Shown piece by piece: positions 1-8,569 of a stretch of 32,000 nt of DNA. The notes beneath the pieces were generated by a model. It saw only the letters and a list, made by a program, of their open reading frames with translations. It was not told the DNA's origin and did not search any database. The DNA is from a virus. The position numbers were made by a program, and so were the translations under genes. The stretch spans positions 168,738-200,737 of the IMG/VR virus record IMGVR_UViG_3300022562_001814; one strand, 5' to 3'. Each line of letters starts with the position of its first letter. The first letter of the stretch is position 1.

Positions 1-2
1 AT

Positions 3-308
3 GTATGTTATTTAATAGATTCGGATTTTGAGCTAACTGTTCCTATATTGGATATAGATTCTGGCACTCAAATAAGAATCATTTTGTATGAATACTCAAG
101 AAGAAGATTAAATGTGGCTTTTAATTTAAAATTATTTTTAACCTATTATTGGAAAAATAAACAAGCTATGTTGCAACACGCTTTGAATGTTTTAGAATAT
201 GATCGAATCTCAATTAATAGAAATTTTCCTCATCTAGATTTTGATCAATATTATAATTGCTTGAGGCGCCATTTATACAGATTAACTTTTTCTGGAATAT
301 TAAAATGA
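3..308 (+). CDS. hypothetical protein, 5' end runs off the window
   Basis: Frame is open from base 3, with no stop before the TTG at 48 used by the ORF track. The TGA stop overlaps the next start as ATGA at 305-308. Confidence 0.5.
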   Translation, partial: VCYLIDSDFELTVPILDIDSGTQIRIILYEYSRRRLNVAFNLKLFLTYYWKNKQAMLQHALNVLEYDRISINRNFPHLDFDQYYNCLRRHLYRLTFSGILK

Positions 309-1216
309 TTCGCATATTATTTTTATTTATTTTATCTTGTATTTTTGTAATACAAGATACTAATTTAGGTATTGCTACCAATAAATCTCCTAAAATAATA
401 TTAATCACTTTAGATGGAGTGAGATGGCAAGACATATTTGATAAGCACGAGGGTGTGGGCAATTTTAGACCTTCAAGCAAAGAATTAATACCCAATATCT
501 ATAATCATTTTATTGACAATGGAATTGCGTTTGGTGAAAAATCTAAAGTGTTAATAGGAGGTCCTGCTCACGTATCCTTGCCCGGCTATTTAGAAATTAT
601 AAGAGGTTATCCGTCTCTAGATTGTTTAGATAATTATTGTGATCACAATTATGCACCAACTATTATAAATGATTTTGCGTATCACAGCGCAGTTTTTGCT
701 TCTTGGCAAACTATATATAAAACTTTTGATAATTCCATTGCCGTTGTTAATATTGGTAAACATGTCAGAAATTTTCCTTGGTATAGTTTGGGATTAAAGG
801 ATAATAAAATAATATTGGATGATTTTAATAATGATGAATATCGTCCAGATGTATATACGGAATTAGCTGTTCTAAGTTATTTGGATATTAATCAACCAAA
901 GTTTATGTGGATTTCTTTAGGTGATACGGATGAATGGGCTCATCAAGGTAATATATTATTATATTGGACAAGTTTAAATGCAATTGATAATTTTATAGCT
1001 AAATTAATGAATTATACTGATCCTAATACTATATTTATACTGACAACAGATCATGGTCGTAGTAAGGATTTTAGGAATCATTTTTGGGAACCTGAATCCC
1101 GACGTGTGTGGCTTTTGATTGGTGGAAAAAATGTTCCTGCCTTAGGATCTATTGCTTCAAATAAAGATTTATATTTATCAGATATTAAATCTATTATAAT
1201 GACTTTAAATAATTGA
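305..1216 (+). CDS. alkaline-phosphatase-superfamily enzyme (nucleotide pyrophosphatase/phosphodiesterase-like), secreted or lipoprotein
   Basis: Internal ATG at 305 gives the N-terminus MIRILFLFILSC, a hydrophobic signal with lipobox-like ILSC. AP-superfamily motifs are present: ITLDGVRWQD, HVSLPGY, LGDTDEWAH, TTDHGR. Confidence 0.65.
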   Translation: MIRILFLFILSCIFVIQDTNLGIATNKSPKIILITLDGVRWQDIFDKHEGVGNFRPSSKELIPNIYNHFIDNGIAFGEKSKVLIGGPAHVSLPGYLEIIRGYPSLDCLDNYCDHNYAPTIINDFAYHSAVFASWQTIYKTFDNSIAVVNIGKHVRNFPWYSLGLKDNKIILDDFNNDEYRPDVYTELAVLSYLDINQPKFMWISLGDTDEWAHQGNILLYWTSLNAIDNFIAKLMNYTDPNTIFILTTDHGRSKDFRNHFWEPESRRVWLLIGGKNVPALGSIASNKDLYLSDIKSIIMTLNN

Positions 1217-1242
1217 TTCTGGCCATAAAGTAATATTTTTAT

Positions 1243-2673
1243 ATGGAAGATTACGAAGTTATTATAGCTTGGAACTCAGATCAAAAATTTATAGCAAAAG
1301 TTGAAAATGTTTTTAATAATTCAATAGTTATGAAAGAACAAGTTTCAATGTCTATTGAAGAGCGGGGGCGACGCATCAACGAAATGTATGCTCCTATTCC
1401 TGTTCCCACAAATTCTACTAGATGCCAATATAAAGAGCCTATCACTGTGTTTTTAGTAAAATTACCAGCTAAATATGAATACGTATATCGCACCGAAGGT
1501 TATCGTCTATGTAATATGTCAATTCTGAATTTTAAATCAGAAACTAGAAAAGAATTTGATTTTAATATTTTTCATTGCAGCGATAATGTGGAAGAAGCTA
1601 AAAAAGCACTTGAAGTTTTTGACTTACGTGATAAAACGCCTCTTACTACTTTATTTAATATGAAGTTTAGAGAGCCTATTGCATCAGTGGTTCATGTTGA
1701 TAATATATATCATATCAGACATGTCAAAGATGGAAGTTATAAAATAGTTCCTATTAAAGATTCTGTAACGGTTAAAAGATTAATGGGTTATTCGAATGAA
1801 GAATTAATAGAACAGTATTCTTTATTACATACAAGTGAAGATTCGGCTATAGTACAAGATAAATCTTTAAATTATTTTGGATTGGATTTTGATCAAACAC
1901 ATCCTGAATGTGATATTTATGCTTGCGTATACAAAGATAAATTCATTATTACCGATGGAAAACACCGTTCCGCATTATTGTATGCAAATGGTTATCGACA
2001 TTTGTATGTTACTTTTTCTCAAGCCCCTTGTTCTAATGAAATTATTCACGCTGCATTACAGGCTCCAGAACCTAACTCGCATTTAGAAAATTTTCATAAA
2101 TTTATTTACGCTTTAAATAATAAAAATATTAAATTTATTGTAATCCGTGGACATAAAACATTACCTAAAACAGCAGATACTGATTTGGATATAATTATAC
2201 ATCCAGATAGTTATGCTGAATTTTTAAAATTAACTAATGAATACATTAAACAAAATGTTATCGCTTTTAATGTTGAAAAATCTTATAAACATCCCGCCGC
2301 TCAATTATGGTATAGGGCTTTCCGTACAGTTGGAACTCATAATAAATTTCTAACTAATGGTAATTTCCAAATGGATACGTATAACAATGCCTTTTTCTTT
2401 TTTTCACAAACAGAAGGAGCTTTGTTAAGTCGTGACTTTTTGAATTATCTTTTTAATACTAAAATAAAAAGACATAATTTAAACGTTCCAGGTGAGATTG
2501 CGGAAATGGTTTTATTGTTCTGTCGTACTTGGATAGATTTAGGTGGTAAGTGGAAGCCTAAACACAAAGCACGTTTTGACGAATTGGCTGCTAAAAATTC
2601 AATGGAAGAATTTAAAAATATATTACGTCGTGCATTAGAACCTAAAATTCAACATATTATAAATAATATTTAA
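1243..2673 (+). CDS. multidomain protein: unknown N-terminal region, ParB/sulfiredoxin-like domain, nucleotidyltransferase-like C-terminal domain
   Basis: 476-aa ORF. FIITDGKHRSALLYANG matches the ParB-type DGxHR core. IRGHKTLPKTADTDLDIIIHPDSYAEFLKL resembles the xKG...DxD motif of uncharacterised nucleotidyltransferases (NTP_transf_5-like). Confidence 0.6.
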   Translation: MEDYEVIIAWNSDQKFIAKVENVFNNSIVMKEQVSMSIEERGRRINEMYAPIPVPTNSTRCQYKEPITVFLVKLPAKYEYVYRTEGYRLCNMSILNFKSETRKEFDFNIFHCSDNVEEAKKALEVFDLRDKTPLTTLFNMKFREPIASVVHVDNIYHIRHVKDGSYKIVPIKDSVTVKRLMGYSNEELIEQYSLLHTSEDSAIVQDKSLNYFGLDFDQTHPECDIYACVYKDKFIITDGKHRSALLYANGYRHLYVTFSQAPCSNEIIHAALQAPEPNSHLENFHKFIYALNNKNIKFIVIRGHKTLPKTADTDLDIIIHPDSYAEFLKLTNEYIKQNVIAFNVEKSYKHPAAQLWYRAFRTVGTHNKFLTNGNFQMDTYNNAFFFFSQTEGALLSRDFLNYLFNTKIKRHNLNVPGEIAEMVLLFCRTWIDLGGKWKPKHKARFDELAAKNSMEEFKNILRRALEPKIQHIINNI

Positions 2674-3281
2674 GTAGGTTTTGAATTAAGATGTTGTTGT
2701 AAATTCCAATTATCAGCAGTCATTTTAGCGCCGGGTAACCATAAATGTTCTGTTTTAGGATTAAATGGTACATATGCGGGTACATTGATCACGCTTGCAG
2801 GATCAATTAAATTACCATTTCTCCAAACTTGAAAATGCACGTGTGGAAAGCCTTTAGCATTACCAGAAGCACCACATGTACCAATTACAGTATCATAAGT
2901 TACCATATCGCCCGGATAACATAATATAGTACCTAGATGAGCATAATAACTACTAAAACCATTATTATGTTTAATTACAACTGCATTGCCGCCTTTAGGA
3001 TCATTATAAACACGTGTTACCGTTCCTGGCGCAATAGGATAAACTGAAGTTCCGCCGGGGGCTCGTAGATCTATGCCTTGGTGCACTCTGCCGACGCTGC
3101 CTTTACCGGTTGGATCAAATCCGCCAGAATTTTTTAATGGACCCCTCAATGGTGCTTGAAAGCCTTTAAAATTAGAATCCATTAAATCTCTATTTTGTCT
3201 TTTATCTTGTCTTGATATAAAACGATTAAACAAATTTTTTAATATTTGTAAAATATCGTCAAAACTCATATCACCTTCCAT
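2670..3281 (-). CDS. M23 family metallopeptidase (peptidoglycan endopeptidase-like)
   Basis: Motifs HQGIDLRAPGGTSVYPIAPGTV, YYAHLG and PHVHFQV match the HxxxD ... HxH signature of M23/LytM peptidases. Confidence 0.85.
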   Translation of the reverse strand: MEGDMSFDDILQILKNLFNRFISRQDKRQNRDLMDSNFKGFQAPLRGPLKNSGGFDPTGKGSVGRVHQGIDLRAPGGTSVYPIAPGTVTRVYNDPKGGNAVVIKHNNGFSSYYAHLGTILCYPGDMVTYDTVIGTCGASGNAKGFPHVHFQVWRNGNLIDPASVINVPAYVPFNPKTEHLWLPGAKMTADNWNLQQHLNSKPT

Positions 3282-3400
3282 ATTAAAATATATAAATATG
3301 TCATTATTTATTCTATTAAACTAAACATATATTTAATTTTAATTTAAAATACACATATTTTTATATTTGGAGTGGATTAATCGTATTAAACAATACCAAG

Positions 3401-3787
3401 CTATTTGTAAAACGGATAATTTCTGCAACTCCAACAAATAAATATATTTATAGAATTTGGACTTGCAAATGGATAATATTCATTACATTTATTACAACTC
3501 AATCCGGTTAATTTACAAACCAGACTAACTATATGTCCTTCAGAAATAAAATGAACTTTACAATCTTTAAATTTTAAAGGTATTTTAAATGTTTTACAAT
3601 CTTTTGCCGTTAATTCAAAAGAATTTAGTAAAAATAAATCTCTAGGAACATAAATTAAATAACCTTCATCACAACTACATACTATATCAAAATTATGAAT
3701 TATTTCAAATTCATCAGACAAGGCGTGTGCAATTTTATCGTATCCAACTTTACACGATACGGTATCGCCTGGAGCAAAGGTTCCCAC
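3401..3787 (-). CDS. hypothetical Cys-rich protein
   Basis: 128-aa ORF with a GTG start and no in-frame ATG nearby. C-terminal CNKC...CWSC looks like a zinc ribbon. Confidence 0.55.
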   Translation of the reverse strand: MGTFAPGDTVSCKVGYDKIAHALSDEFEIIHNFDIVCSCDEGYLIYVPRDLFLLNSFELTAKDCKTFKIPLKFKDCKVHFISEGHIVSLVCKLTGLSCNKCNEYYPFASPNSINIFICWSCRNYPFYK

Positions 3788-3827
3788 TAATTAATGTTAA
3801 AATATTAATTTTAAAAATATTTTAACT

Positions 3828-4322
3828 TTATGAATTTGTTTTATAAATGTATAAATTGACACCTGCTTCAGGGGATTTACTCATCAATAATTTTTTAATT
3901 GAAGGCACATCCTTAAATAATAGGTCAGAAACGTGAAGTGAAGCTTTTTCATATTTTGCACTATCTAATAATTTTGTAATACAATCTTCTAATGATTTTT
4001 TATCTAATTTATTATTTTTATCTAAACAAACCAGTTGCATAACCCAGGTTTCTGAATTAGTTGCTGTTGAGTGTATCGTGCCTAACTTAATGTTTTGATT
4101 AATAAATAAGCTACGATAATCATCTCTTACTTTTGAGTAACGTTTAATTAACATATTGTAAAATGGTGATTCATACTCTCCGGTTTGTGAACAAACGGCA
4201 ATAATCATTTTTAATCCAGAATTAACTGGTGCTAATATTGAACCATCAACTTCTTTTACTCTTCCTTGGACTTGAAATTTATTAAATTGATTTGTTGGAG
4301 TTGTTTTAACGGTCTTATTCAT
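3828..4322 (-). CDS. hypothetical protein, possibly a degenerate macro-domain fold
   Basis: Layout resembles phage macro proteins (VQGRVKEVDGSIL ... IIAVCSQTGEYESPF ... KLGTIHS ... ASLHVSDLL), but both glycine-rich ADP-ribose loops are replaced. SD GAGGT lies upstream of the neighbouring gene. Confidence 0.35.
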   Translation of the reverse strand: MNKTVKTTPTNQFNKFQVQGRVKEVDGSILAPVNSGLKMIIAVCSQTGEYESPFYNMLIKRYSKVRDDYRSLFINQNIKLGTIHSTATNSETWVMQLVCLDKNNKLDKKSLEDCITKLLDSAKYEKASLHVSDLLFKDVPSIKKLLMSKSPEAGVNLYIYKTNS

Positions 4323-4338
4323 ATATTACCTCTTCATT

Positions 4339-5070
4339 TTATATATCAAGTTCTTTAAGATGTTGAGACAAAAATTTGATATTATTGTCAATAGAGAGAT
4401 TAGAACTATCATATAATTTATTATAATGGGAAGTAATAATTGACTCTGGATCGGAATAATCTATAAATAATTCATTTTTAATATTATTATAATATAAATC
4501 CGCTAATCCTATTCCACAACTCATTGGCACACTTAAATTGTAATTATAATTAGGTCGTATCCACTCGTATTCTTCTTTTAAAATAGGTTTAGAGTTCAGA
4601 TCGCCTAAATGCGAGGGTATTAGTTTTTTAATAGAATTATTAATAATATATATAATATATTTTTGTTTATCACTATCTTTATTAATAACGCCAGAATAAT
4701 ATTTATATAAATTATGTTTTGTATCTATTGCATAATATAGAAGTAATGGGCTAACTTGCCACACAGGTATATTTAATTTAATACCTGCGTAAGAGGTATA
4801 AATTTCTATATCAGATATAATTAGATCCGGATTAAATCTTTTAATTTCTCTAAGATAAAGATCAAAATTACTATTTTTAAAAGATATATTTTGATATTTA
4901 TTTTTAAAATCCAATAAACAATCTAATGTCCAATTAACATTAATATTTTGAATAGATTTAGAATACGCAGCCGTTCTAATTTGATAGAACTTAGAATAAG
5001 TATCAACAAATCTTTTTAAAGAATAAAAAGACGAAGTATAATTATTGGCTGCGTATAAAATTTTTAGCAT
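4339..5070 (-). CDS. hypothetical protein with GT-B glycosyltransferase-like N-terminal half
   Basis: MLKILYAANNY... and IKRFNPDLIISDIEIYTSYAGIKLNIPV resemble the MKIL...GH / kPDlviSD...a.aA...giP pattern of MJ1255/UDP-glycosyltransferase-like proteins. At 243 aa it is shorter than typical GT-B enzymes. SD GAGGTAATAT precedes the ATG. Confidence 0.35.
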   Translation of the reverse strand: MLKILYAANNYTSSFYSLKRFVDTYSKFYQIRTAAYSKSIQNINVNWTLDCLLDFKNKYQNISFKNSNFDLYLREIKRFNPDLIISDIEIYTSYAGIKLNIPVWQVSPLLLYYAIDTKHNLYKYYSGVINKDSDKQKYIIYIINNSIKKLIPSHLGDLNSKPILKEEYEWIRPNYNYNLSVPMSCGIGLADLYYNNIKNELFIDYSDPESIITSHYNKLYDSSNLSIDNNIKFLSQHLKELDI

Positions 5071-5312
5071 TACCTACTAAAGCCTTGGGCTTTCAAAACT
5101 TGATCGGCAAAATGTTTAGCTTCATCCATATTGGTAAAAGTATTACTAACAGTTGTTTTACCTCCTGGTAATTGATCAAATGCGAAAGCAGTATATTGTC
5201 CTTCGTCGATTGTAATCCAGGCAGCCATAAATGCACCTTGTTTAGTTAATACCAATCTTTCTAATTTATTTGAATTAATAAGACTTGTTGCCCAAGAAAA
5301 TAATTTTTTCAT
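5070..5312 (-). CDS. hypothetical protein
   Basis: 80-aa ORF with a TAATG overlap downstream and an ATGA overlap upstream. Confidence 0.65.
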   Translation of the reverse strand: MKKLFSWATSLINSNKLERLVLTKQGAFMAAWITIDEGQYTAFAFDQLPGGKTTVSNTFTNMDEAKHFADQVLKAQGFSR

Positions 5313-5872
5313 TTTTTTAATCTTTCTTCAATATCAGCTATTTGTTTTTCTATATCTTTAAGAAAATTATCTAATTTAATAGATATTCTCGAATCGCCTT
5401 TACTTAATTCTTCTACTGTTTTTTCTAATGCTAATTTTTCTATTTTTAATTGTTTTTGTAATTCTGCTTTCATAATTTTAGCACTAATTGTGCCTTTATT
5501 TATATTCATTGATTTACGTAATAAATCATTTAATCCTGCTGTTGAATTTTCACTAATGACAGTAATTGCAATTTGTCTTGCTTTATCATTAATAACAGTA
5601 TCTAATTCTTCCATATTGTGATATAACCTTCTATTTTCAAAATCTGTGGTTATACATATATCTAAGAAATCTTTTTTCAATATGTTTTCTTGTTCGCATT
5701 TTTGTAAATATCGATGAATGATATTTGTTTTTTTATCTTCAATATCAAATTTTTCTTCAGTATGTTGAGAGCCTGCTATTTTAGCTTTAATCCATTTGCC
5801 ATAAGAAATATTTAGTTGTCCAAATTCTAAAAACATTTCTCCCATCAATATGCTTATTTTATTTAAATTCAT
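5309..5872 (-). CDS. hypothetical coiled-coil protein
   Basis: 187-aa ORF. The C-terminal third is rich in heptad-like K/E/L repeats. ATGA coupling to the downstream gene. Confidence 0.65.
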   Translation of the reverse strand: MNLNKISILMGEMFLEFGQLNISYGKWIKAKIAGSQHTEEKFDIEDKKTNIIHRYLQKCEQENILKKDFLDICITTDFENRRLYHNMEELDTVINDKARQIAITVISENSTAGLNDLLRKSMNINKGTISAKIMKAELQKQLKIEKLALEKTVEELSKGDSRISIKLDNFLKDIEKQIADIEERLKK

Positions 5873-6224
5873 TATTTTTCCATCTTTTCTTCACACCAAT
5901 CCATTTTTTCTTTTCTAAAAAATTTTTAAGGCACTTATAATAATTCTTGAATTGTAGTTCCGGATAATGAATATTAAAAAAATGATAACTAGTTTCTAAC
6001 CAATATAATCCTGTTTCAGCATCAGTTTCATCGTACCAAATTTTTAGATTAGGTAGTACCGGGAGACCTCTTTTCTTATATACATTAACAATAGATAATA
6101 TAATATTAGGGACAGGAGGTGGTCCTTTATAATATGTGTTTAATGAAGACCAAATTAATTCTTCAAATTCAGAATCTCGTAATACCCATCCTGTATTAGG
6201 TTTATGGTAAATATTTATAAACAC
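5859..6224 (-). CDS. hypothetical protein
   Basis: 121-aa ORF with a GTG start. Short overlaps with both neighbours. Confidence 0.55.
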   Translation of the reverse strand: MFINIYHKPNTGWVLRDSEFEELIWSSLNTYYKGPPPVPNIILSIVNVYKKRGLPVLPNLKIWYDETDAETGLYWLETSYHFFNIHYPELQFKNYYKCLKNFLEKKKWIGVKKRWKNNEFK

Positions 6225-6646
6225 GATAAATTTAAAACTTCTTTTTCTTCTTTAGTTAGATTGGCTTTTTTTAATTTACGAATAGCAGACTCTCTTACAT
6301 CAAATTCTTTTTCCTCTTCAAATTCATCTCGTATATCTGCCTTATCTTCTTTTATAATGTTATTTAGAATATCTTTTGGAATATCACGTATAACCGATTT
6401 TTTATATCTTTCTGCTAATATGTGTAAAATATCCGATTTTTCTATGGCTTTTCTTATTTCAGAAATAGAAGGTTTAAATTTATATATAAATTGTTCGGGA
6501 TTTATATTCCATTTTTTTAAATCTTTTAATTCTATTTTGTGAGTATCATCTGTATAATTTTCTAAATAATCTGACAGATCATCCATATCCGCTCTAATAC
6601 TATTAAGTTTGTGATCCACATATTCTTGTAAAAATGTCTTTTTCAT
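6215..6646 (-). CDS. hypothetical highly charged protein
   Basis: 143-aa ORF with ATGA overlap to the upstream macro gene stop. Confidence 0.65.
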   Translation of the reverse strand: MKKTFLQEYVDHKLNSIRADMDDLSDYLENYTDDTHKIELKDLKKWNINPEQFIYKFKPSISEIRKAIEKSDILHILAERYKKSVIRDIPKDILNNIIKEDKADIRDEFEEEKEFDVRESAIRKLKKANLTKEEKEVLNLSCL

Positions 6647-7131
6647 AATTGCCTCGTAATGATAAATCTATCATCTAAAAATGGTTCGATCAATTTTTTA
6701 ACATCTTTATCCCAGCTTAACCGTCCCGTGTGTTTACCACAACCGGGTCTTCCAAGAATTATTTTTTTGAATCCTTTTTGATCGGTTATTGTTTTTAATT
6801 CTTTAGATGATTGTTCTATTAATTTAGGTATTGATGGTTTATTAAAATGTTGTTTTGTTGGAAAACTAATTATATTTATATGACCATTATCAGAAATATA
6901 ATTTGATAAATTATTTACCTTACCTAATACTCCAACAATATTACCGTTTTTATTAATGTGGGTTCCTAAAAGAGTTCTAAAATTTAACCATCGTCGAGAC
7001 GCTTCTCCCGCTTGTCCCGCACCAGCCATAGCATATCCATAACTATTTACAATACCATTTGTAAAAATGCAAATAGCATTAGTATCTTTATCATTAAGAT
7101 AATTAAATATATCTCCAATAATTTCTTGCAT
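6643..7131 (-). CDS. macro domain protein (ADP-ribose binding/processing)
   Basis: Start moved to the ATG at 7131, which follows GAGGAAAAT and lies just after the upstream stop. Motifs: IIGDIFNY, AICIFTNGIVNSYGYAMAGAGQAGEA, ISFPTKQHF, ILGRPGCGKHTGRLSW. Confidence 0.75.
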   Translation of the reverse strand: MQEIIGDIFNYLNDKDTNAICIFTNGIVNSYGYAMAGAGQAGEASRRWLNFRTLLGTHINKNGNIVGVLGKVNNLSNYISDNGHINIISFPTKQHFNKPSIPKLIEQSSKELKTITDQKGFKKIILGRPGCGKHTGRLSWDKDVKKLIEPFLDDRFIITRQL

Positions 7132-7141
7132 ATTTTCCTCA

Positions 7142-7486
7142 TTAAGGAGAAGTAGTAATAATTTCTCCTTCACACATCTTGCCACAACTTTTGTGCTCTA
7201 TCTTGGTAGTAGAATGATTCATACAATCAATCCAAGTAAATTTTTTGTCAACAATATATTCCGGTTGATCATGTGAGTAAACACCATTTGTATAAGTTTT
7301 GACGTGACATTTTTCATGAATGACTGTATCGTATATATTACAACCATTGTCTTCAGCTATTTTGGTTTTTTTAATATTGGTGCCCTCACATTTTGTTTCA
7401 TAATCATAGTGTGGCGAAGTTTCTAATACATATATTAGCCCTCCCACTATCGTTGCAAAAATCAATCCAATTATAATTTGTTTCAT
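7142..7486 (-). CDS. membrane-anchored Cys-rich protein
   Basis: N-terminal hydrophobic helix MKQIIIGLIFATIVGGLIYVL followed by a Cys-rich soluble part. Confidence 0.65.
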   Translation of the reverse strand: MKQIIIGLIFATIVGGLIYVLETSPHYDYETKCEGTNIKKTKIAEDNGCNIYDTVIHEKCHVKTYTNGVYSHDQPEYIVDKKFTWIDCMNHSTTKIEHKSCGKMCEGEIITTSP

Positions 7487-7497
7487 TATAACAATCC

Positions 7498-7703
7498 TTA
7501 TCTATTTTTATCATGCACTGGGCAAGTGCATGCAAACTCTGCATGACACGCAAAACTATTTCTACCATCTTCTTTTAAATGTTTACCCGTTTTACTATCC
7601 CACAGTGGATAAAGTGTATTGACAATATATGTGCAAGTGCATTTAAGCCTATCGCCAACTCTGTAATTACGCGATTTTCCTTGAATTGCTGTAACTTGTT
7701 CAT
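7498..7703 (-). pseudogene. small Cys-rich protein gene lacking an in-frame start (apparent 1-nt frameshift right after the ATG)
   Basis: A 71-codon open frame at 7501-7713 encodes ..YEQVTAIQGKSRNYRVGDRLKCTCTYIVNTLYPLWDSKTGKHLKEDGRNSFACHAEFACTCPVHDKNR with no ATG/GTG/TTG. The only ATG (7703-7701) is one base out of frame, next to a short A run. Confidence 0.45.
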
Positions 7704-7706
7704 ATA

Positions 7707-7916
7707 CTACATTTTAATTTCTTCTAAATCTTCCTCTCGCCACCAAACAAGTGGAAATGAAAGTAAATAAAACATTTCCTGATTATTGCTGTGCACACGC
7801 GTTACTAGTTGTTCAACATTCAGTGAAATAGGAAAATTATTATCATTACAAAATTTTTGCCAAACCTCTTCTTTAATTTTAACTTTATCATTTATTTTAA
7901 ACATAATCAATCCCAT
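7707..7916 (-). CDS. hypothetical protein
   Basis: 69-aa ORF in a co-directional packed array. Confidence 0.55.
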   Translation of the reverse strand: MGLIMFKINDKVKIKEEVWQKFCNDNNFPISLNVEQLVTRVHSNNQEMFYLLSFPLVWWREEDLEEIKM

Positions 7917-8095
7917 TTATATTTTGTTGCACAATGCCTCGCTGAACAACTACTGTCACGCGTTTCTAATATTTTATCACCGCTCCCGGTTTTTGTAAAC
8001 CCAGTGATTTTTCGTCTTTTATTTCGACAATCCCAAATATAATCTCCAATTTTAAGATATTTAATCCATTTTTCTTTGTCGTAGTAGTGTGTCAT
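7907..8095 (-). CDS. hypothetical protein
   Basis: 62-aa ORF. ATGA overlap with the upstream gene stop at 8092-8095. Confidence 0.55.
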   Translation of the reverse strand: MTHYYDKEKWIKYLKIGDYIWDCRNKRRKITGFTKTGSGDKILETRDSSCSARHCATKYKWD

Positions 8096-8310
8096 AATTT
8101 CTTTTCTACTTCTGATATAGCGTCTCTGGCAGTTTTACTAATTCCCCACCACCCATCCATATCTACTATAATTTGAGCTGGTTGATGGATTTCCCAACGC
8201 CACTCACCATTATCTAATTGCGTAATGGTGGCTAAACTATTACAATATCTCAAAAAAGCATATCCAGGATCCTCTGGTGGAAAATACCAATCAAATTGTT
8301 CTTGTGTCAT
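8092..8310 (-). CDS. hypothetical protein
   Basis: Start moved to the ATG at 8310, preceded by GGAGGAAAAAA. The longer track ORF would overlap the upstream gene by 83 nt. Confidence 0.6.
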   Translation of the reverse strand: MTQEQFDWYFPPEDPGYAFLRYCNSLATITQLDNGEWRWEIHQPAQIIVDMDGWWGISKTARDAISEVEKKL

Positions 8311-8569
8311 TTTTTTCCTCCGTTGCCCAACAAATTGGACATTCTTTGGTATGACTGTCTCCAGGGTTATCATAATCCTTTAATGTAAATTTGGTTTTAC
8401 ATTTAGGACAGTGATATAAAAATTTTGGAGATGGATTAATCAATGATCCTATAGGATAGATTCTTTCTACTCTTCCAACATTGCATTGTTTGCTATGATC
8501 GTATCTCACACCAGGTGCTTTTAATTGTAATGGTGGAGCACCACAAGATGGGCAATTCCTATATTTCAT
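8291..8569 (-). CDS. zinc-ribbon protein
   Basis: CPSCG ... CPKC ... CPIC cysteine pairs. ATGA overlap at 8566-8569. Confidence 0.65.
   Translation of the reverse strand: MKYRNCPSCGAPPLQLKAPGVRYDHSKQCNVGRVERIYPIGSLINPSPKFLYHCPKCKTKFTLKDYDNPGDSHTKECPICWATEEKNDTRTI

Noticed and set aside
48-308. Treating the first ORF as complete with a TTG start at 48.
   Set aside because: The frame is open all the way to base 3, so the gene most likely starts upstream of the window. It is reported as a 5'-truncated CDS instead.
6204-6542. Antisense or overlapping ORFs listed in the six-frame track: 214-495, 1281-1493, 1877-2086, 6204-6542, 7579-7770, 7786-8042, 10232-10507, 11295-11483, 11746-12054, 14457-14678, 14855-15088, 15457-15795, 16033-16325, 16403-16594, 17501-17695, 18617-18823, 19674-19865, 21178-21402, 23753-23959, 28409-28597.
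   Set aside because: Each lies wholly inside or antisense to a longer ORF that has recognisable motifs or translational coupling. Their products are low-complexity (Phe/Leu/Ile/Ser-rich), as expected for the reverse strand of AT-rich coding DNA. They lack SD motifs.
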